From an uncultured Verrucomicrobiae bacterium (GTDB lineage Bacteria; Verrucomicrobiota; Verrucomicrobiia; Chthoniobacterales; Chthoniobacteraceae), in NCBI GenBank assembly GCA_963836755.1, contig CAWIKF010000001.1:1-64000 (forward strand): a stretch of 64,000 nucleotides of DNA, read 5' to 3'. Under the pieces are notes generated by a model, which worked only from the letters and a program-made list of their open reading frames with translations, ran no database searches and had not been told where the DNA came from. This document shows, piece by piece, positions 1-10,040 of this stretch (its first letter is position 1; the number at the start of each line of letters is the position of its first letter). The position numbers were made by a program, and so were the translations under genes.

Positions 1-44
1 CCGGCCTTGAGAGGGCCGTGTCCTAACCCCTAGACGAAGGCGCC
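1..44 (-). tRNA. tRNA-Glu(CTC), 5' part; 3' end runs off the window
   Basis: Reverse complement reads GGCGCCTTCGTCTAGGGGTTAGGACA-CGGCC-CTCTCAA-GGCCG: Glu-type D arm and a 5-bp anticodon stem with CTC. Confidence 0.9.
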
Positions 45-87
45 GTGGAGCGTGCATACTACACGCCGCGAGAAAAATTGCGAGCCG

Positions 88-615
88 CTATTGCTCATCC
101 CCGGCAGCGGCATTATCGGCTGCCTCCTGCTCAGTTGCAAAAGTCGATTCGGTGATGTGCGACTGCGAGAGGCGATCAAGCGCGATCGCTTTGCGTTTCG
201 CAACTAGGTCTTTCAATGAAGTATCGTGTTTCAAAATGCGCGCGTAAAGCAGCTCGTAGTATTTGTGAAGATTGCTCCGCTTTTCGGGATCGGTCCGCGC
301 GTGCTGTGCGCGCGTCCAGAGTTCCTGCACGGCCGGATCCTGGAGCGCCCACGTCTTGGACTGACGCAAACGGATGCGCTGCTTCAGGTCCTCCTCGCTT
401 TGGATCGTTTTTGAATTCGCAAGTTTTTCCTCCGGCGAAGTATTGGTCGGCTTTTGAATGCTCGGCGCAGCCTGCGGGATCAGCGTGTTCGGCGTTTCGA
501 TCTGGCTTTGCGGTTCCTGCCCCGGCAGTGGCGCGTCGAGTCCCGGATCTTGAGCCAAAGCCTTTCCGGAAAAAATCAGCGCGGCCGCGCAAAGAAAAGT
601 GAGGAGCGTTTTCAC
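88..615 (-). CDS. Hypothetical exported protein
   Basis: 175-aa ORF with a Sec-like signal peptide (MKTLLTFLCAAALIFSGKALA), Pro/Gln-rich linker and helical C-terminus. Confidence 0.7.
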   Translation of the reverse strand: MKTLLTFLCAAALIFSGKALAQDPGLDAPLPGQEPQSQIETPNTLIPQAAPSIQKPTNTSPEEKLANSKTIQSEEDLKQRIRLRQSKTWALQDPAVQELWTRAQHARTDPEKRSNLHKYYELLYARILKHDTSLKDLVAKRKAIALDRLSQSHITESTFATEQEAADNAAAGDEQ

Positions 616-649
616 GGGCAGTCGGCTAAGCTATGCTAAGGAATCGATT

Positions 650-1900
650 TTGAAAAGCGCCGCAATTCATTCCAACTCGAGCCTCGATCTTGCGCCATGC
701 GAGGTCGCTGCGCGTTGCGCTCAATTGCCGGACGCGGTTTTTTTTGACAGCGCCATCGAGGCTCTGCCGGCGATCTCACTCATCGCCGCCGAGCCTCGCG
801 AGATAATCTCCGGGCGCACGGCGGCGGAGTGGGATTCGCTCCGGAAAAAAGTGCATGCGTGCCAGCAGCGCGTCACCGCGGATCAAGGTATCCCGTGTGG
901 AATGGCAGCCGGATATGTCGAATACGATGGCGCGTTCCGTTTTGCATTTTACGATGAAATGCTGATCCATCGCCACGTCGATCACTCGTGGGAAGAAGTC
1001 GGGCGATTCGCCGCGAAGCTGCCTGCCGCAATGGCTGAGGATCAAACGCCGGCGCCGCATTTTAAAACGGCGATGACGCGAAAAGATTTTTGCGGCCGAG
1101 TCATTCGGGCGCAGGAATACATCGCGGCCGGCGACATCTATCAGGTTAATCTCGCGCATCGATTTACGGCTCCGACGTGCGCTGCCCCGTGGCGGCTCTA
1201 CGAAGCGCTTCGACATTATTCGCCCGCGCCGCACGCGGTATACATGCGCGCGGGCGACCGCACCATCCTCTCCGCGTCGCCGGAATGTTTTTTGCAAATG
1301 AGCGGGCGTCACGTGCGGACGCGCCCGATCAAAGGCACGCGCGCGCGGCATTCCGATGCGCAGGCGGATGAAAAATCCGCGTTCGATCTGCAAACGTCCC
1401 CAAAAGAAATTTCAGAGTTGATCATGATCACCGATCTGGAGCGCAGCGACCTTGGCCAGATCTGCGAATACGGCAGCGTCCACACGAGTGAGTTGCTCAA
1501 GCTCGAGCGCTATGAACAGGTGTTTCATCTTGTATCAACGGTCGATGGCCAGCTTCGCGAGCGAATCGACCACGTCACCGCTTTGCAAAAATGTTTTCCA
1601 GGCGGATCGATCACCGGCGCGCCGAAAGTGCGCGCGCGCGAAATCATCACCGAACTTGAACCCATCCCGCGCGGACTTTACACCGGCGCGATCGGCTACT
1701 TTGGCTACAACGGCGAGAGCCAGTTCAACATCGCGATCCGCACTGTCGTGGTCGAAGATGGCGGCGCGCATTTTCACGTTGGTGCGGGAATCGTAGCGGA
1801 CTCTATCCCCGAGCTGGAATACCAGGAGACCCTCGACAAAGCCGCCGGCATTCTTTTGTCCGCGCGCGCACTTGAAGAGAGTTCGCCTAGGTTCGCGTGA
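650..1900 (+). CDS. pabB: Aminodeoxychorismate synthase component I / anthranilate synthase I family
   Basis: Chorismate-binding motifs GDIYQVNL, SPECF, RPIKGTR, FPGGSITGAPK, GAGIVADS. Start uncertain (TTG 650 chosen; ORF opens at 599). Confidence 0.8.
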   Translation: MKSAAIHSNSSLDLAPCEVAARCAQLPDAVFFDSAIEALPAISLIAAEPREIISGRTAAEWDSLRKKVHACQQRVTADQGIPCGMAAGYVEYDGAFRFAFYDEMLIHRHVDHSWEEVGRFAAKLPAAMAEDQTPAPHFKTAMTRKDFCGRVIRAQEYIAAGDIYQVNLAHRFTAPTCAAPWRLYEALRHYSPAPHAVYMRAGDRTILSASPECFLQMSGRHVRTRPIKGTRARHSDAQADEKSAFDLQTSPKEISELIMITDLERSDLGQICEYGSVHTSELLKLERYEQVFHLVSTVDGQLRERIDHVTALQKCFPGGSITGAPKVRAREIITELEPIPRGLYTGAIGYFGYNGESQFNIAIRTVVVEDGGAHFHVGAGIVADSIPELEYQETLDKAAGILLSARALEESSPRFA

Positions 1901-2045
1901 GATAGCCGGAACGCGTCAGTAGGAACAGGATCATTCTTTTCCGAAACTTTGACGCCATTCTTCCGCGTCGGCTTGCGAGGCAATTGTGAAAAACGCGTAT
2001 TGATCGTTTCAACAAAAAGAGCCGCAGGTTTCCCGAAGCCGACGC

Positions 2046-3050
2046 TCATGATCTTCTCGCGAAGAAAGCAGCGATGCCCGCTGCGATCACAGCGACGGCG
2101 CCGAGCGCCAGCGCGTCGCGATGCTTATCGGTCCAAAGTTGTGGGCTGAAATTGCGCGAGCGTGAATCGAAAGTTCCGTGCGGTCCGTGATCGCCCGGCA
2201 CCGGTTGGAAAAGGTTGTCGGGCTGATTCGGATCTTTCGGCTCATTCGTTTGCTGCCCCTTGACGCAGGTCCACGCGAGATAATGATCGAGCAAACCCGG
2301 AAAGATTTTGTTGCCGACGACTGCCTCGACCGTCGGGAAGCCGACGTAGATTTCGCGTCGGTCGTGATGCGATGCGAAGACGATCGCATCCGCCGCCACT
2401 TCGGGTTGATAGATCGGCGGCACCGGCTGCGCCTTGTTTGGCAGCCGACTTTTGACCCATCCGAATTGCGGCGTGTTCATCCCGGGCATCTGGATCATGC
2501 AGACTTTTACGTTGCTGCCGTCGTGGATTAACTCGCAGCGCAGCGAGTCCATGAACCCCTGGATCGCGTGCTTCGTCGCGCAATAGGCCGATTGCAGCGG
2601 AATGCCGCGATACGCGAGCGCGCTGCCGACCTGGATGATGCGCCCGCGGTCGCGCGGCAGCATGCGCTTGAGCGCCGCGAGCGTCCCGTAAACATAGCCG
2701 AGGTAATTCACTTCCGTTACACGTTTGTATTCTTCCGGCTGCATTTGTTTGACAAAGGAAAAGACGCTCGTCATTGCGACATTCACCCACACATCGATCG
2801 GGCCCAGCTCCGCTTCGACCCGCTCCGCGGCCGCTTCCACGGCGCCGGCATCGGCGACATCTGTCGGCAACATGATCGCTTTGCCGCCGCGGCTTTCCAC
2901 ATCACGCTTCGCGCCTTCGAGCCCATCGTGGCCGCGCGCGATCAGCCCGATGTGTGCGCCTTCTTTTGCAAATGCACGCACGGTGGCGCGCCCGACTCCG
3001 GCGGATGCACCGGTGACCACGATGACCCTCGGTTTTTCGTTTGTTTTCAT
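2046..3050 (-). CDS. SDR family oxidoreductase
   Basis: TGASAGVG Rossmann motif and YCATK catalytic motif. Confidence 0.92.
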   Translation of the reverse strand: MKTNEKPRVIVVTGASAGVGRATVRAFAKEGAHIGLIARGHDGLEGAKRDVESRGGKAIMLPTDVADAGAVEAAAERVEAELGPIDVWVNVAMTSVFSFVKQMQPEEYKRVTEVNYLGYVYGTLAALKRMLPRDRGRIIQVGSALAYRGIPLQSAYCATKHAIQGFMDSLRCELIHDGSNVKVCMIQMPGMNTPQFGWVKSRLPNKAQPVPPIYQPEVAADAIVFASHHDRREIYVGFPTVEAVVGNKIFPGLLDHYLAWTCVKGQQTNEPKDPNQPDNLFQPVPGDHGPHGTFDSRSRNFSPQLWTDKHRDALALGAVAVIAAGIAAFFARRS

Positions 3051-3064
3051 AGGTGTGACTTTAT

Positions 3065-4885
3065 TTAAAGAAGCGCGCCATGTTCATTTTCATGCAAGGC
3101 GATCAGCGCGCGCCCGTATTCGACTTGCGAAAAAAGCAGCGGCGTATTGCCGAGAAAACATTTACGCCGAGCGTCGGCCTCCTCGGCAAAAATCCCGAGC
3201 GGTCCCGCAATTTCCTCGCAAGCATGCAAGACCTTCGCGGCTTTTTCCGCGCGGCCTGCGTCGGCGAGCGCGTGCGCAAACCAAAACGTCGCTGGCAAAA
3301 ATGCGCCTTCAAACGCGTGAAGCGGGAGCTGTTCTCCGCCGAGCGTCGCCGACGGATCGAAGCGATGCACGAGTCCGTCAATCACCAGTTCGCGTTCGAT
3401 TGCGTCGAGCGTGCTGAGCACGCGCGGATCGTCCGGCGGCAAAAACTTCATCAGCGGGATCAGCAGCGAGCCGGCGTCGAGCGCATCGGAATCGTAGCGC
3501 TGGCGAAACGCCTGAAGCGATTCGCTCCAGCCTTTCGTCACCACTTCTTCTCGAATCGCGCGCGCAGTTTCTTCCCATTTTTTCGGAATGCTTTGGCCGA
3601 CTTTTTCCGCAATGCGCATTGCGCGATCGACCGTGACCCATGCCATGACTTTGCTCGCGACGTAATGCGCTTCGATCTCCAGCTCCCACACGCCGCTGTC
3701 GGGCTCATGCCATGCGCGGCAGACGTGGTCGGCGGCGCGCTTCAGCATTTTCCAGAACTCCGGTTTCCATTTGCCACCAGCCTGGAGAAAAATCAGCGCG
3801 CAGTCCGCGAACCAACCGAGCGAGCCGAGTTGGCGTTGTCCGAAAGCGCGATTGCCGAAGAGCACGGGACGCGAGTCAAGGTAGCCCTCCACGCCTTTCA
3901 CCTCGCGCTGCGTGAGGCGAGTGCCGCCGTCGGTGCGGTAGCAGACTTGCAGCGGCGCGTCGACGTCCGATGCGAGGCTGCAGATCCAATCGAGATATTT
4001 TGAGACCTCGTCCGGCTGGCCCATCGTCGCGAGAAATGCCGCGGAAAGCGACGCGTCGCGCACCCATGTGTAACGGTAATCGTAGTTCCGATCGCCGCCG
4101 ATGCGCTCCGGCAGCGAGGTCGTGACGGCGGCGACGACTGCGTTGGTTGGCGAATGCGCGAGCAGATGCACCGTGATCGCGGAGCGTTTTAGTTTGTCGT
4201 CAAAGCGCGGAAAAGTTTTCAGCTTGCCCGTCCAGTCGCGCCAATACTTTTTAGTCCCGTCGTGCAACTCGCGGCAGCGCGCGACGCTCCACTTGCTCGG
4301 CTCTTCGTTGAGGCCGATCATCGCCCACGCCTCCTCGCCTTCGCGCAGCGTGAAATTTACGCGCGCTCCGTCGTCGCCGCACTCGACTGGAAAGGAAGTC
4401 CAGAGCGCGATCACGTGTTGAACAAACGAAAATTTGACGCCGCCGTCGCAAACTTGCGTCCGCGGTTTTTCTTCAAACGTTCCGCGCGGCCGCACCTCGA
4501 AAGTGACGCGTGAATCGCCGCGCTCTGCGCGCAGCAGACGCAAGATCACGCGCACGCGCTCTTTTTCTTTCGGGCAATCGTGCTCCGGCCACGGCATCAA
4601 ATCCGACAGCTCCAGCGACCGCGCGCCGTCGCGCCAGCGCGTGATCAGGGAGACCGTCTCGTCTTCGTAGCGTTGGTCGCCGAGCTCCACCACATCAGGC
4701 CCGAAGCGGCAAAAGCCACCGCGATCCGGATCGAGCAGCCCGCCGAAAATGACGTCATCGTCGTAATCGGGAACACAAAACCAATCGACGGTTCCATCCG
4801 CCGCGACGACTGTAGCCGTTCGCCGGTCGCCGATGACGCCGTGCTTTTCTATCGGAGCAAAGTTAAAAAAGCGCGGCTGCATCAA
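3065..4885 (-). CDS. Glycoside hydrolase family 15 (trehalase/glucoamylase-like)
   Basis: TTSLPERIGGDRNYDYRYTWVRD, PDSGVWE, GIFAEE and LGNTP motifs. Confidence 0.9.
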   Translation of the reverse strand: MMQPRFFNFAPIEKHGVIGDRRTATVVAADGTVDWFCVPDYDDDVIFGGLLDPDRGGFCRFGPDVVELGDQRYEDETVSLITRWRDGARSLELSDLMPWPEHDCPKEKERVRVILRLLRAERGDSRVTFEVRPRGTFEEKPRTQVCDGGVKFSFVQHVIALWTSFPVECGDDGARVNFTLREGEEAWAMIGLNEEPSKWSVARCRELHDGTKKYWRDWTGKLKTFPRFDDKLKRSAITVHLLAHSPTNAVVAAVTTSLPERIGGDRNYDYRYTWVRDASLSAAFLATMGQPDEVSKYLDWICSLASDVDAPLQVCYRTDGGTRLTQREVKGVEGYLDSRPVLFGNRAFGQRQLGSLGWFADCALIFLQAGGKWKPEFWKMLKRAADHVCRAWHEPDSGVWELEIEAHYVASKVMAWVTVDRAMRIAEKVGQSIPKKWEETARAIREEVVTKGWSESLQAFRQRYDSDALDAGSLLIPLMKFLPPDDPRVLSTLDAIERELVIDGLVHRFDPSATLGGEQLPLHAFEGAFLPATFWFAHALADAGRAEKAAKVLHACEEIAGPLGIFAEEADARRKCFLGNTPLLFSQVEYGRALIALHENEHGALL

Positions 4886-4926
4886 TGCGTCGGTTTTTGC
4901 AAAAAAACAGTGCGTTAACGTGGCGT

Positions 4927-5307
4927 TTATTCAACCCCCGGATATGCGATCGTCGTCATCAGTGCATTCTCGGCCTGGCGCGAATCGAGCCGCGTGTGCT
5001 GGATCACGATCGGCACGTCTGACTCGAAGACGCTTGAATAGCTCGTTGCGAGCGGCACTTGCTCGGGATCGGTGAGATCATTGAAGCGAAAATGTTTCGT
5101 GCGGCGCGGCGCGACCGACATTTTGTAAGGCCCGACCGGTTCGCGGTCGGCGTAGTAAATCATCAGCGTGATGTGCGCTTCCTCGTCGGTCGCATTGAGC
5201 ACGCAAAACGCTTCGTGGCTGATGAAGTCTGGGCCCGGCCCGTTGCTCCAGCCTGGAATATAACCCTCGGCGATCGCCCAGGATTTTTTACCGATGTTCG
5301 TTTTCAT
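4927..5307 (-). CDS. Anabaena sensory rhodopsin transducer (ASRT) family protein
   Basis: IGKKSWAIAEGYIP, SHEAFCVLN, RRTKHFRFNDL and VIQHTRLDSRQAENAL are typical of the family. Confidence 0.88.
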   Translation of the reverse strand: MKTNIGKKSWAIAEGYIPGWSNGPGPDFISHEAFCVLNATDEEAHITLMIYYADREPVGPYKMSVAPRRTKHFRFNDLTDPEQVPLATSYSSVFESDVPIVIQHTRLDSRQAENALMTTIAYPGVE

Positions 5308-5528
5308 AAATCAGAAAATGTCGCGAACGGCGGGACACGGCGCTTGCATGAAAGCCCGCTGATGCTTCCGCGGCGCGAACAAGGTCATATCGAAAATGAA
5401 AACGGAAGCGTTGGTATCAAACTTCCAGATGCGCGATTTCAGCTAAATGCCCGCGCCGAATTTGCCGCGTGCGCTGCACGCGGCGCGTCCTCCAAAAAAA
5501 CCGCGTCAGACCGCTATGGATACAAGCG

Positions 5529-6959
5529 CTAACGCTTTGCGGCGTAGGCTTCAGCGCCGGGCTCGGGAACTTCCTCGAGAAGTTTTTTGACCACTGCAAG
5601 CGGCGTCAATCCTTCGGAATCGGCGGCAAAGTTAGTCAAAATGCGATGCCGCAAAACCGGCGGTGCAGCGCGGCGAATGTCGGCGCAACTCACATGAATA
5701 CGCCCTTCGAGAATCGCCATCGCTTTCGCTGCGAGGATCAAATACTGGCCGGCGCGCGGACCGGCGCCAGTGCTGACGTAGGTTTTGGTGACTTGCGGCG
5801 CTCCTTCGCTTTGTGGACGGGTCGCGCCCACGAGCTTGGTTACGTATTTGATCACGTGATCTGAAACGGGAACTTTCCGCACGACGGCTTGCAGGTGAAG
5901 CACGTCCGCCTGCGTGAGCACAGGCAACGGCTCGACGCGCTTGCCGCCGGTCGTTGCGCGCAAAATTTCCTCCTCCTCGTGCGGCAGCGGATAGTCGACC
6001 CAAATGTTAAACATGAAGCGGTCGAGTTGCGCTTCGGGCAGCGGATATGTGCCTTCCTGTTCGATCGGGTTTTGCGTTGCGAGGACGAAAAACGGCTCCT
6101 CGAGCGTGTAGGAAGTATTGCCGGCGGTGACCATTTTTTCCTGCATCGCCTCGAGCAGTGCGGCCTGCGTCTTCGGCGGCGTTCGATTGATTTCGTCGGC
6201 GAGGAGCAGGTTGCAAAAAATCGGGCCCTTGATAAAACGGAACTCTTTTTCGCCGGTCGCGGAATTGGTTTCGAGCACGTCGGTGCCGATGATGTCGCCG
6301 GGCATCAAGTCGGGCGTGAACTGAACACGCTTGAATTTTAAATTGAGCACCTGCGCGATGGTGCGCACGGTGAGCGTTTTCGCCATGCCCGGCAGTCCGA
6401 TGAGGAGTGCGTGGCCGTTGGCGAGAATGCACATCAAAATCTGGTCGAGCACGTCGCGCTGGCCGACGATGATTTTGCCGACTTCGTTGCGGATGCGCTC
6501 CGTGTGGACGCGCATTTTTTCGACGAGCGCAAGTTCGTCCGCGCTCGCAGTCGGGCCGGCCGCCACTGGCGCAGCGGCAGGCGCCTCGTCGATTTCTGGC
6601 TCGGCGACATCGGTTGTTTCAAAAGTTTCCCCAGCTTCCGCGCTCTCCTCGGCTTCATCCGTTTCGACGGCTGATTCGGCTTCGAAGACGAAACGGCTGC
6701 CGCCGATCTGCACAAGATCGCCATCAGACAACCGCGCGGTGTTGACGCGCGCGCCGTTGAGTAAAGTGCCATTCGAGCTGCCGAGATCGACGATTTCCCA
6801 CGCGCCATTTTCCGAGCGAAGTTCCGCGTGCGCGCCGGAAGTCATCCCGTCCTCGAGTTGCAAATCCATGTCAGCGCGGCGGCCCAGCGAATAGCTTTCG
6901 GCCGAGAGAGTCAGGCGATGGCCGGCGAGCGGACCGGCTTGGAATTCGATGTCTGGCAT
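5529..6959 (-). CDS. FHA domain fused to MoxR-family AAA+ ATPase
   Basis: N-terminal FHA (LGR, SGAHA, DLGSSNGT), acidic linker, then GLPGMAKT, RVQFTPDLMPGD, DEINR, ATQNPIEQEGTYPLPEAQLDRF. Confidence 0.92.
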   Translation of the reverse strand: MPDIEFQAGPLAGHRLTLSAESYSLGRRADMDLQLEDGMTSGAHAELRSENGAWEIVDLGSSNGTLLNGARVNTARLSDGDLVQIGGSRFVFEAESAVETDEAEESAEAGETFETTDVAEPEIDEAPAAAPVAAGPTASADELALVEKMRVHTERIRNEVGKIIVGQRDVLDQILMCILANGHALLIGLPGMAKTLTVRTIAQVLNLKFKRVQFTPDLMPGDIIGTDVLETNSATGEKEFRFIKGPIFCNLLLADEINRTPPKTQAALLEAMQEKMVTAGNTSYTLEEPFFVLATQNPIEQEGTYPLPEAQLDRFMFNIWVDYPLPHEEEEILRATTGGKRVEPLPVLTQADVLHLQAVVRKVPVSDHVIKYVTKLVGATRPQSEGAPQVTKTYVSTGAGPRAGQYLILAAKAMAILEGRIHVSCADIRRAAPPVLRHRILTNFAADSEGLTPLAVVKKLLEEVPEPGAEAYAAKR

Positions 6960-6984
6960 AGGGGTGGTTTTTAAAATGAGTGCT

Positions 6985-7701
6985 TCAATGCGTGAGGTCA
7001 AGATCGCCGAGGTCCTTCACCTCGTCGGCCACGCGAATCTGGTTGAGCGCGGCGCTGAAATGATGTTCGGGAAGCGCGTGTTTCGGATCCATCCAGACCG
7101 GATAAAGATCGCGTGCGCGCACGATTTGCCAGCCGGGGCCGACTTGTTTCAGCACCACCAATTTATACGTGCGGCGAAAATCGGGCCGGCTCGACTGGCC
7201 ATTGAAATGCTCCATCAAAAGTGCCGAACCTTTCGCGCGCAGATAGGTGCAGATGCAGCGCGCTTCGCCGTCGAGCCCGGTGACGCCGCCAACACGATGA
7301 ACTGTTTTTTGAAGGAAAAAAGGCTCGGATTTTTGAATGCTCGCGTCGATACCCTTTATGTCGGCATCGGTCAATGTGCTGGCATCGCGCGTGAGCTGCA
7401 GGCCTTCGTAAAATGCGGAGTCGTAGATGACGACGAGGTCGTATTTGCCGACGGGCAGGTGAGCGAATTCAAACGTGTCGCGCTTGGTGCCCGAAACTTC
7501 TCCGTTATAAACTTCTTCGACGTTGTCGGTCGCGACGGCGAGCATCTGCTCGATGGGCAGATCCGGATTTGTGATGTGGCCTTTGATGCCGCCGGTGTTC
7601 GCGGCATCTGGTTTGGTATAGAGCCGCGTGCGTTGCGGAGGCTCCTGCGCAAAGGCCGTGGCGGCCAAAATAATCGCGACAAGAATTAGCCGGGGGAGCA
7701 T
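6985..7701 (-). CDS. Hypothetical exported protein (MoxR cluster)
   Basis: Signal peptide MLPRLILVAIILAATAFA; beta-rich segment FEFAHLPVGKYDL; tight spacing to neighbours. Confidence 0.7.
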   Translation of the reverse strand: MLPRLILVAIILAATAFAQEPPQRTRLYTKPDAANTGGIKGHITNPDLPIEQMLAVATDNVEEVYNGEVSGTKRDTFEFAHLPVGKYDLVVIYDSAFYEGLQLTRDASTLTDADIKGIDASIQKSEPFFLQKTVHRVGGVTGLDGEARCICTYLRAKGSALLMEHFNGQSSRPDFRRTYKLVVLKQVGPGWQIVRARDLYPVWMDPKHALPEHHFSAALNQIRVADEVKDLGDLDLTH

Positions 7702-7709
7702 GCGGAAAA

Positions 7710-10031
7710 TTACGGCGAAGGCTTCGTCGACCCGGAAAGAAAACGATCGAGATCAGCCGCCACGGGATGGAATTTTAGCCGGTCTCGCACTTTCACGATG
7801 ATGTCGCGGATCGAGGCGGGCGGCTCCTTCGCGCCTTGCACGCACTCGATCAGCATCGACGCCGCATCGGGCAGAAAACTCGATGCGTCGATCTCGCGGC
7901 AATACGCTTCCAGCATCGGCTGCGCGCGCTTCCAATCCTGCATTTTAATGTAAAGAGCGGACTCGCGGATGATGTAGTCGCCGCTGATTTTGCTGAGCGG
8001 AAATTCACTTTCCCACACGCTCAACGCTTGCAGTGCCTCGAGGAAAAAATTGCCTTCGGTGAGCGTGTGCACATTTTCCGAAAGTGAAACCTCCTGCAGC
8101 GCGCCGTGTTTTAAATCCGTGCCCGGAGCCGTCCCAGCTGCTGCTCCTTGCATCGGCAGCGGAGCGCTCCGCCAATCCGGCGACGCGGCCGGCTTCGCGT
8201 TCCCGCCGTTGCCGTTGACGAGCTGATTTGTGACCAGCTTGTCAACAGCCGGAGCAGCATTGCGCATGTTACGCGCGCGCTTCTGAACATCGGCGTAAAT
8301 CGCGGTCGCCCCATTGAGATCGCCATCGAGAAAAGCGAGATCGCCGAGCCGGATCTTCGCGCGCTCGCCGAGCTCGCCTGGCGTTGTCGACAATGTCGTA
8401 AAAATCTGCTTCGCCGTGTTTCGATCACCCAAATAATACATCTGCACCTCGCCCTCGCGCAGCTTGAGCGCATTTCGGTTATCGACCGAAGGCGCGGCGG
8501 CGTAAAATGTTTGGATCCATTGCAGCGCTTCGCGCGGATCCTGCCGCTGCATCAGATCGAGGAGCAGGTCCTGCAAAGTCGAGAGCTGCTCGGGCGAAAT
8601 CTTTTTCCGGACCGTGTCGAAGTGGTTTGTGAAAAGCTGGTGCAGCAACGGATACCCGCCATCGGCCTCGATCGTGCGCATCAAATTATTCCACCACGCG
8701 CTGCTCCAGTCGGCGACGGGATCGGGAGTGTGCGGATAAGCCGCGAGCATCGTCGTGACCGCTTTTCGGAAAGCTGTGCGATCGTAAAAGTTATCGAGGT
8801 TCGCGGCCTGAATCGAGAAAGTAAAAAACGGAATGATGCTGCTCGATGTGCCGGCCGACGACTTCGTGGTGAGCTGCACTTTGGTTTCGCGAAGACCGGA
8901 GAAAATCCACTGCGTTTTCGGCCCGGTGAAAACAGCGCCTTCGGGAAAAGTCCACGTGTAAGTGGTGCCAGCCGGCTCGCCAGTTGTGACGGCATTCAAA
9001 TCGTAAATGATCAGCGGCTCTTCGTTTTCAAACCAATAGCAAAGGCCGGGAGTGGCGAGGCCAACGGCGACAGGTGCGCCATTTTTTGCCTCGACGGAAA
9101 TAAGATTGCAGTCGCCGGAGCGAACGATTTCGGCGTCTTTTAAGATGCGCGATTCGACGCCTTTGAGTTGTTCTTTTGGCGGACGCCACGTCAAGAACAT
9201 GAGCCCGCCGTTGCGCTTGTTCGACGAGTAAGGTCCGGTGCCGTCGGCCGTCTGGAAAACTTCCACGCGATGAAGACCTTTCGTGAGATCGACCGCTGCG
9301 CCGTCGCCGCCCCACTGCTTGGAGTGCTCATGCACGTTGAGCCTGACGCCGTCGATGAGGATTTCGCATTGGCCCTCGCGGATGAATGGCGAGAACCAGT
9401 AGCTGCCAGCCGTTGGCGCTATTATATAAGAGAGGAGATAAAACGATCCAGGGCGAGGCCGACCGCTTTCGTCACCGCCAATGCTGAAAGGCGCTTTCGG
9501 TATTCCAGCTTTGTTGATGGAATTGACCATAGGATCAACGCGGCCGAGCTGCGCGAGAGAATGCGCGGCGCCAAGGTTGTCACGTCCCGGCAGCGTGCAG
9601 AGAATCGCGCTCGGCGTGATTCCAGAATCCGGCTTCCAGACCTGCGGCTGCCGGGCGGACTGGATGTAAACGTAAACCGACCTGACGGACGAGCCCGGAT
9701 CGGCAAAGACAAATGAAAATCCGCTTTCCGGATTCTGCCAAAGCAAAAAGCTGGGGACAACTTTGCCGGCATCCGTCATCACCACGGTCGTCGCAGCGCC
9801 GCCGCGAAGAATGCCCCCGTCCGGAAGATGGCAATAGTAACCGGCCGACGACTCAGTCGGACTCCGCCTCAAATCAAGCTTGTAACGGAGAGCCGCATCC
9901 GCGACCTGCCACTCAACCGCTGCAGCTGCTGCGGCATGCGATGCCGGAGCAGCAATTAAAAAACAAAGACAACACCAGACGGCGGCAAAGCCGGCGGGGG
10001 AGCGCCCAGCCCTGAAACGCAGCGGAGCCAA
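7710..10031 (-). CDS. Large exported protein with PA14/PKD-like beta region and TPR-like helical C-terminus
   Basis: 773-aa ORF with signal-like N-terminus, VDLTKGLHRVEV and YTWTFPEG segments, helical repeats (RLGDLAFLDGDLNGATAIY). TTG start uncertain. Confidence 0.65.
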   Translation of the reverse strand: MAPLRFRAGRSPAGFAAVWCCLCFLIAAPASHAAAAAAVEWQVADAALRYKLDLRRSPTESSAGYYCHLPDGGILRGGAATTVVMTDAGKVVPSFLLWQNPESGFSFVFADPGSSVRSVYVYIQSARQPQVWKPDSGITPSAILCTLPGRDNLGAAHSLAQLGRVDPMVNSINKAGIPKAPFSIGGDESGRPRPGSFYLLSYIIAPTAGSYWFSPFIREGQCEILIDGVRLNVHEHSKQWGGDGAAVDLTKGLHRVEVFQTADGTGPYSSNKRNGGLMFLTWRPPKEQLKGVESRILKDAEIVRSGDCNLISVEAKNGAPVAVGLATPGLCYWFENEEPLIIYDLNAVTTGEPAGTTYTWTFPEGAVFTGPKTQWIFSGLRETKVQLTTKSSAGTSSSIIPFFTFSIQAANLDNFYDRTAFRKAVTTMLAAYPHTPDPVADWSSAWWNNLMRTIEADGGYPLLHQLFTNHFDTVRKKISPEQLSTLQDLLLDLMQRQDPREALQWIQTFYAAAPSVDNRNALKLREGEVQMYYLGDRNTAKQIFTTLSTTPGELGERAKIRLGDLAFLDGDLNGATAIYADVQKRARNMRNAAPAVDKLVTNQLVNGNGGNAKPAASPDWRSAPLPMQGAAAGTAPGTDLKHGALQEVSLSENVHTLTEGNFFLEALQALSVWESEFPLSKISGDYIIRESALYIKMQDWKRAQPMLEAYCREIDASSFLPDAASMLIECVQGAKEPPASIRDIIVKVRDRLKFHPVAADLDRFLSGSTKPSP

Positions 10032-10040
10032 ACCCGCTCC

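Noticed and set aside
1..5400. Genomic island integrated at tRNA-Glu
   Set aside because: No integrase or tRNA-end direct repeat is visible, and the window lies on the 5' side of the tRNA.
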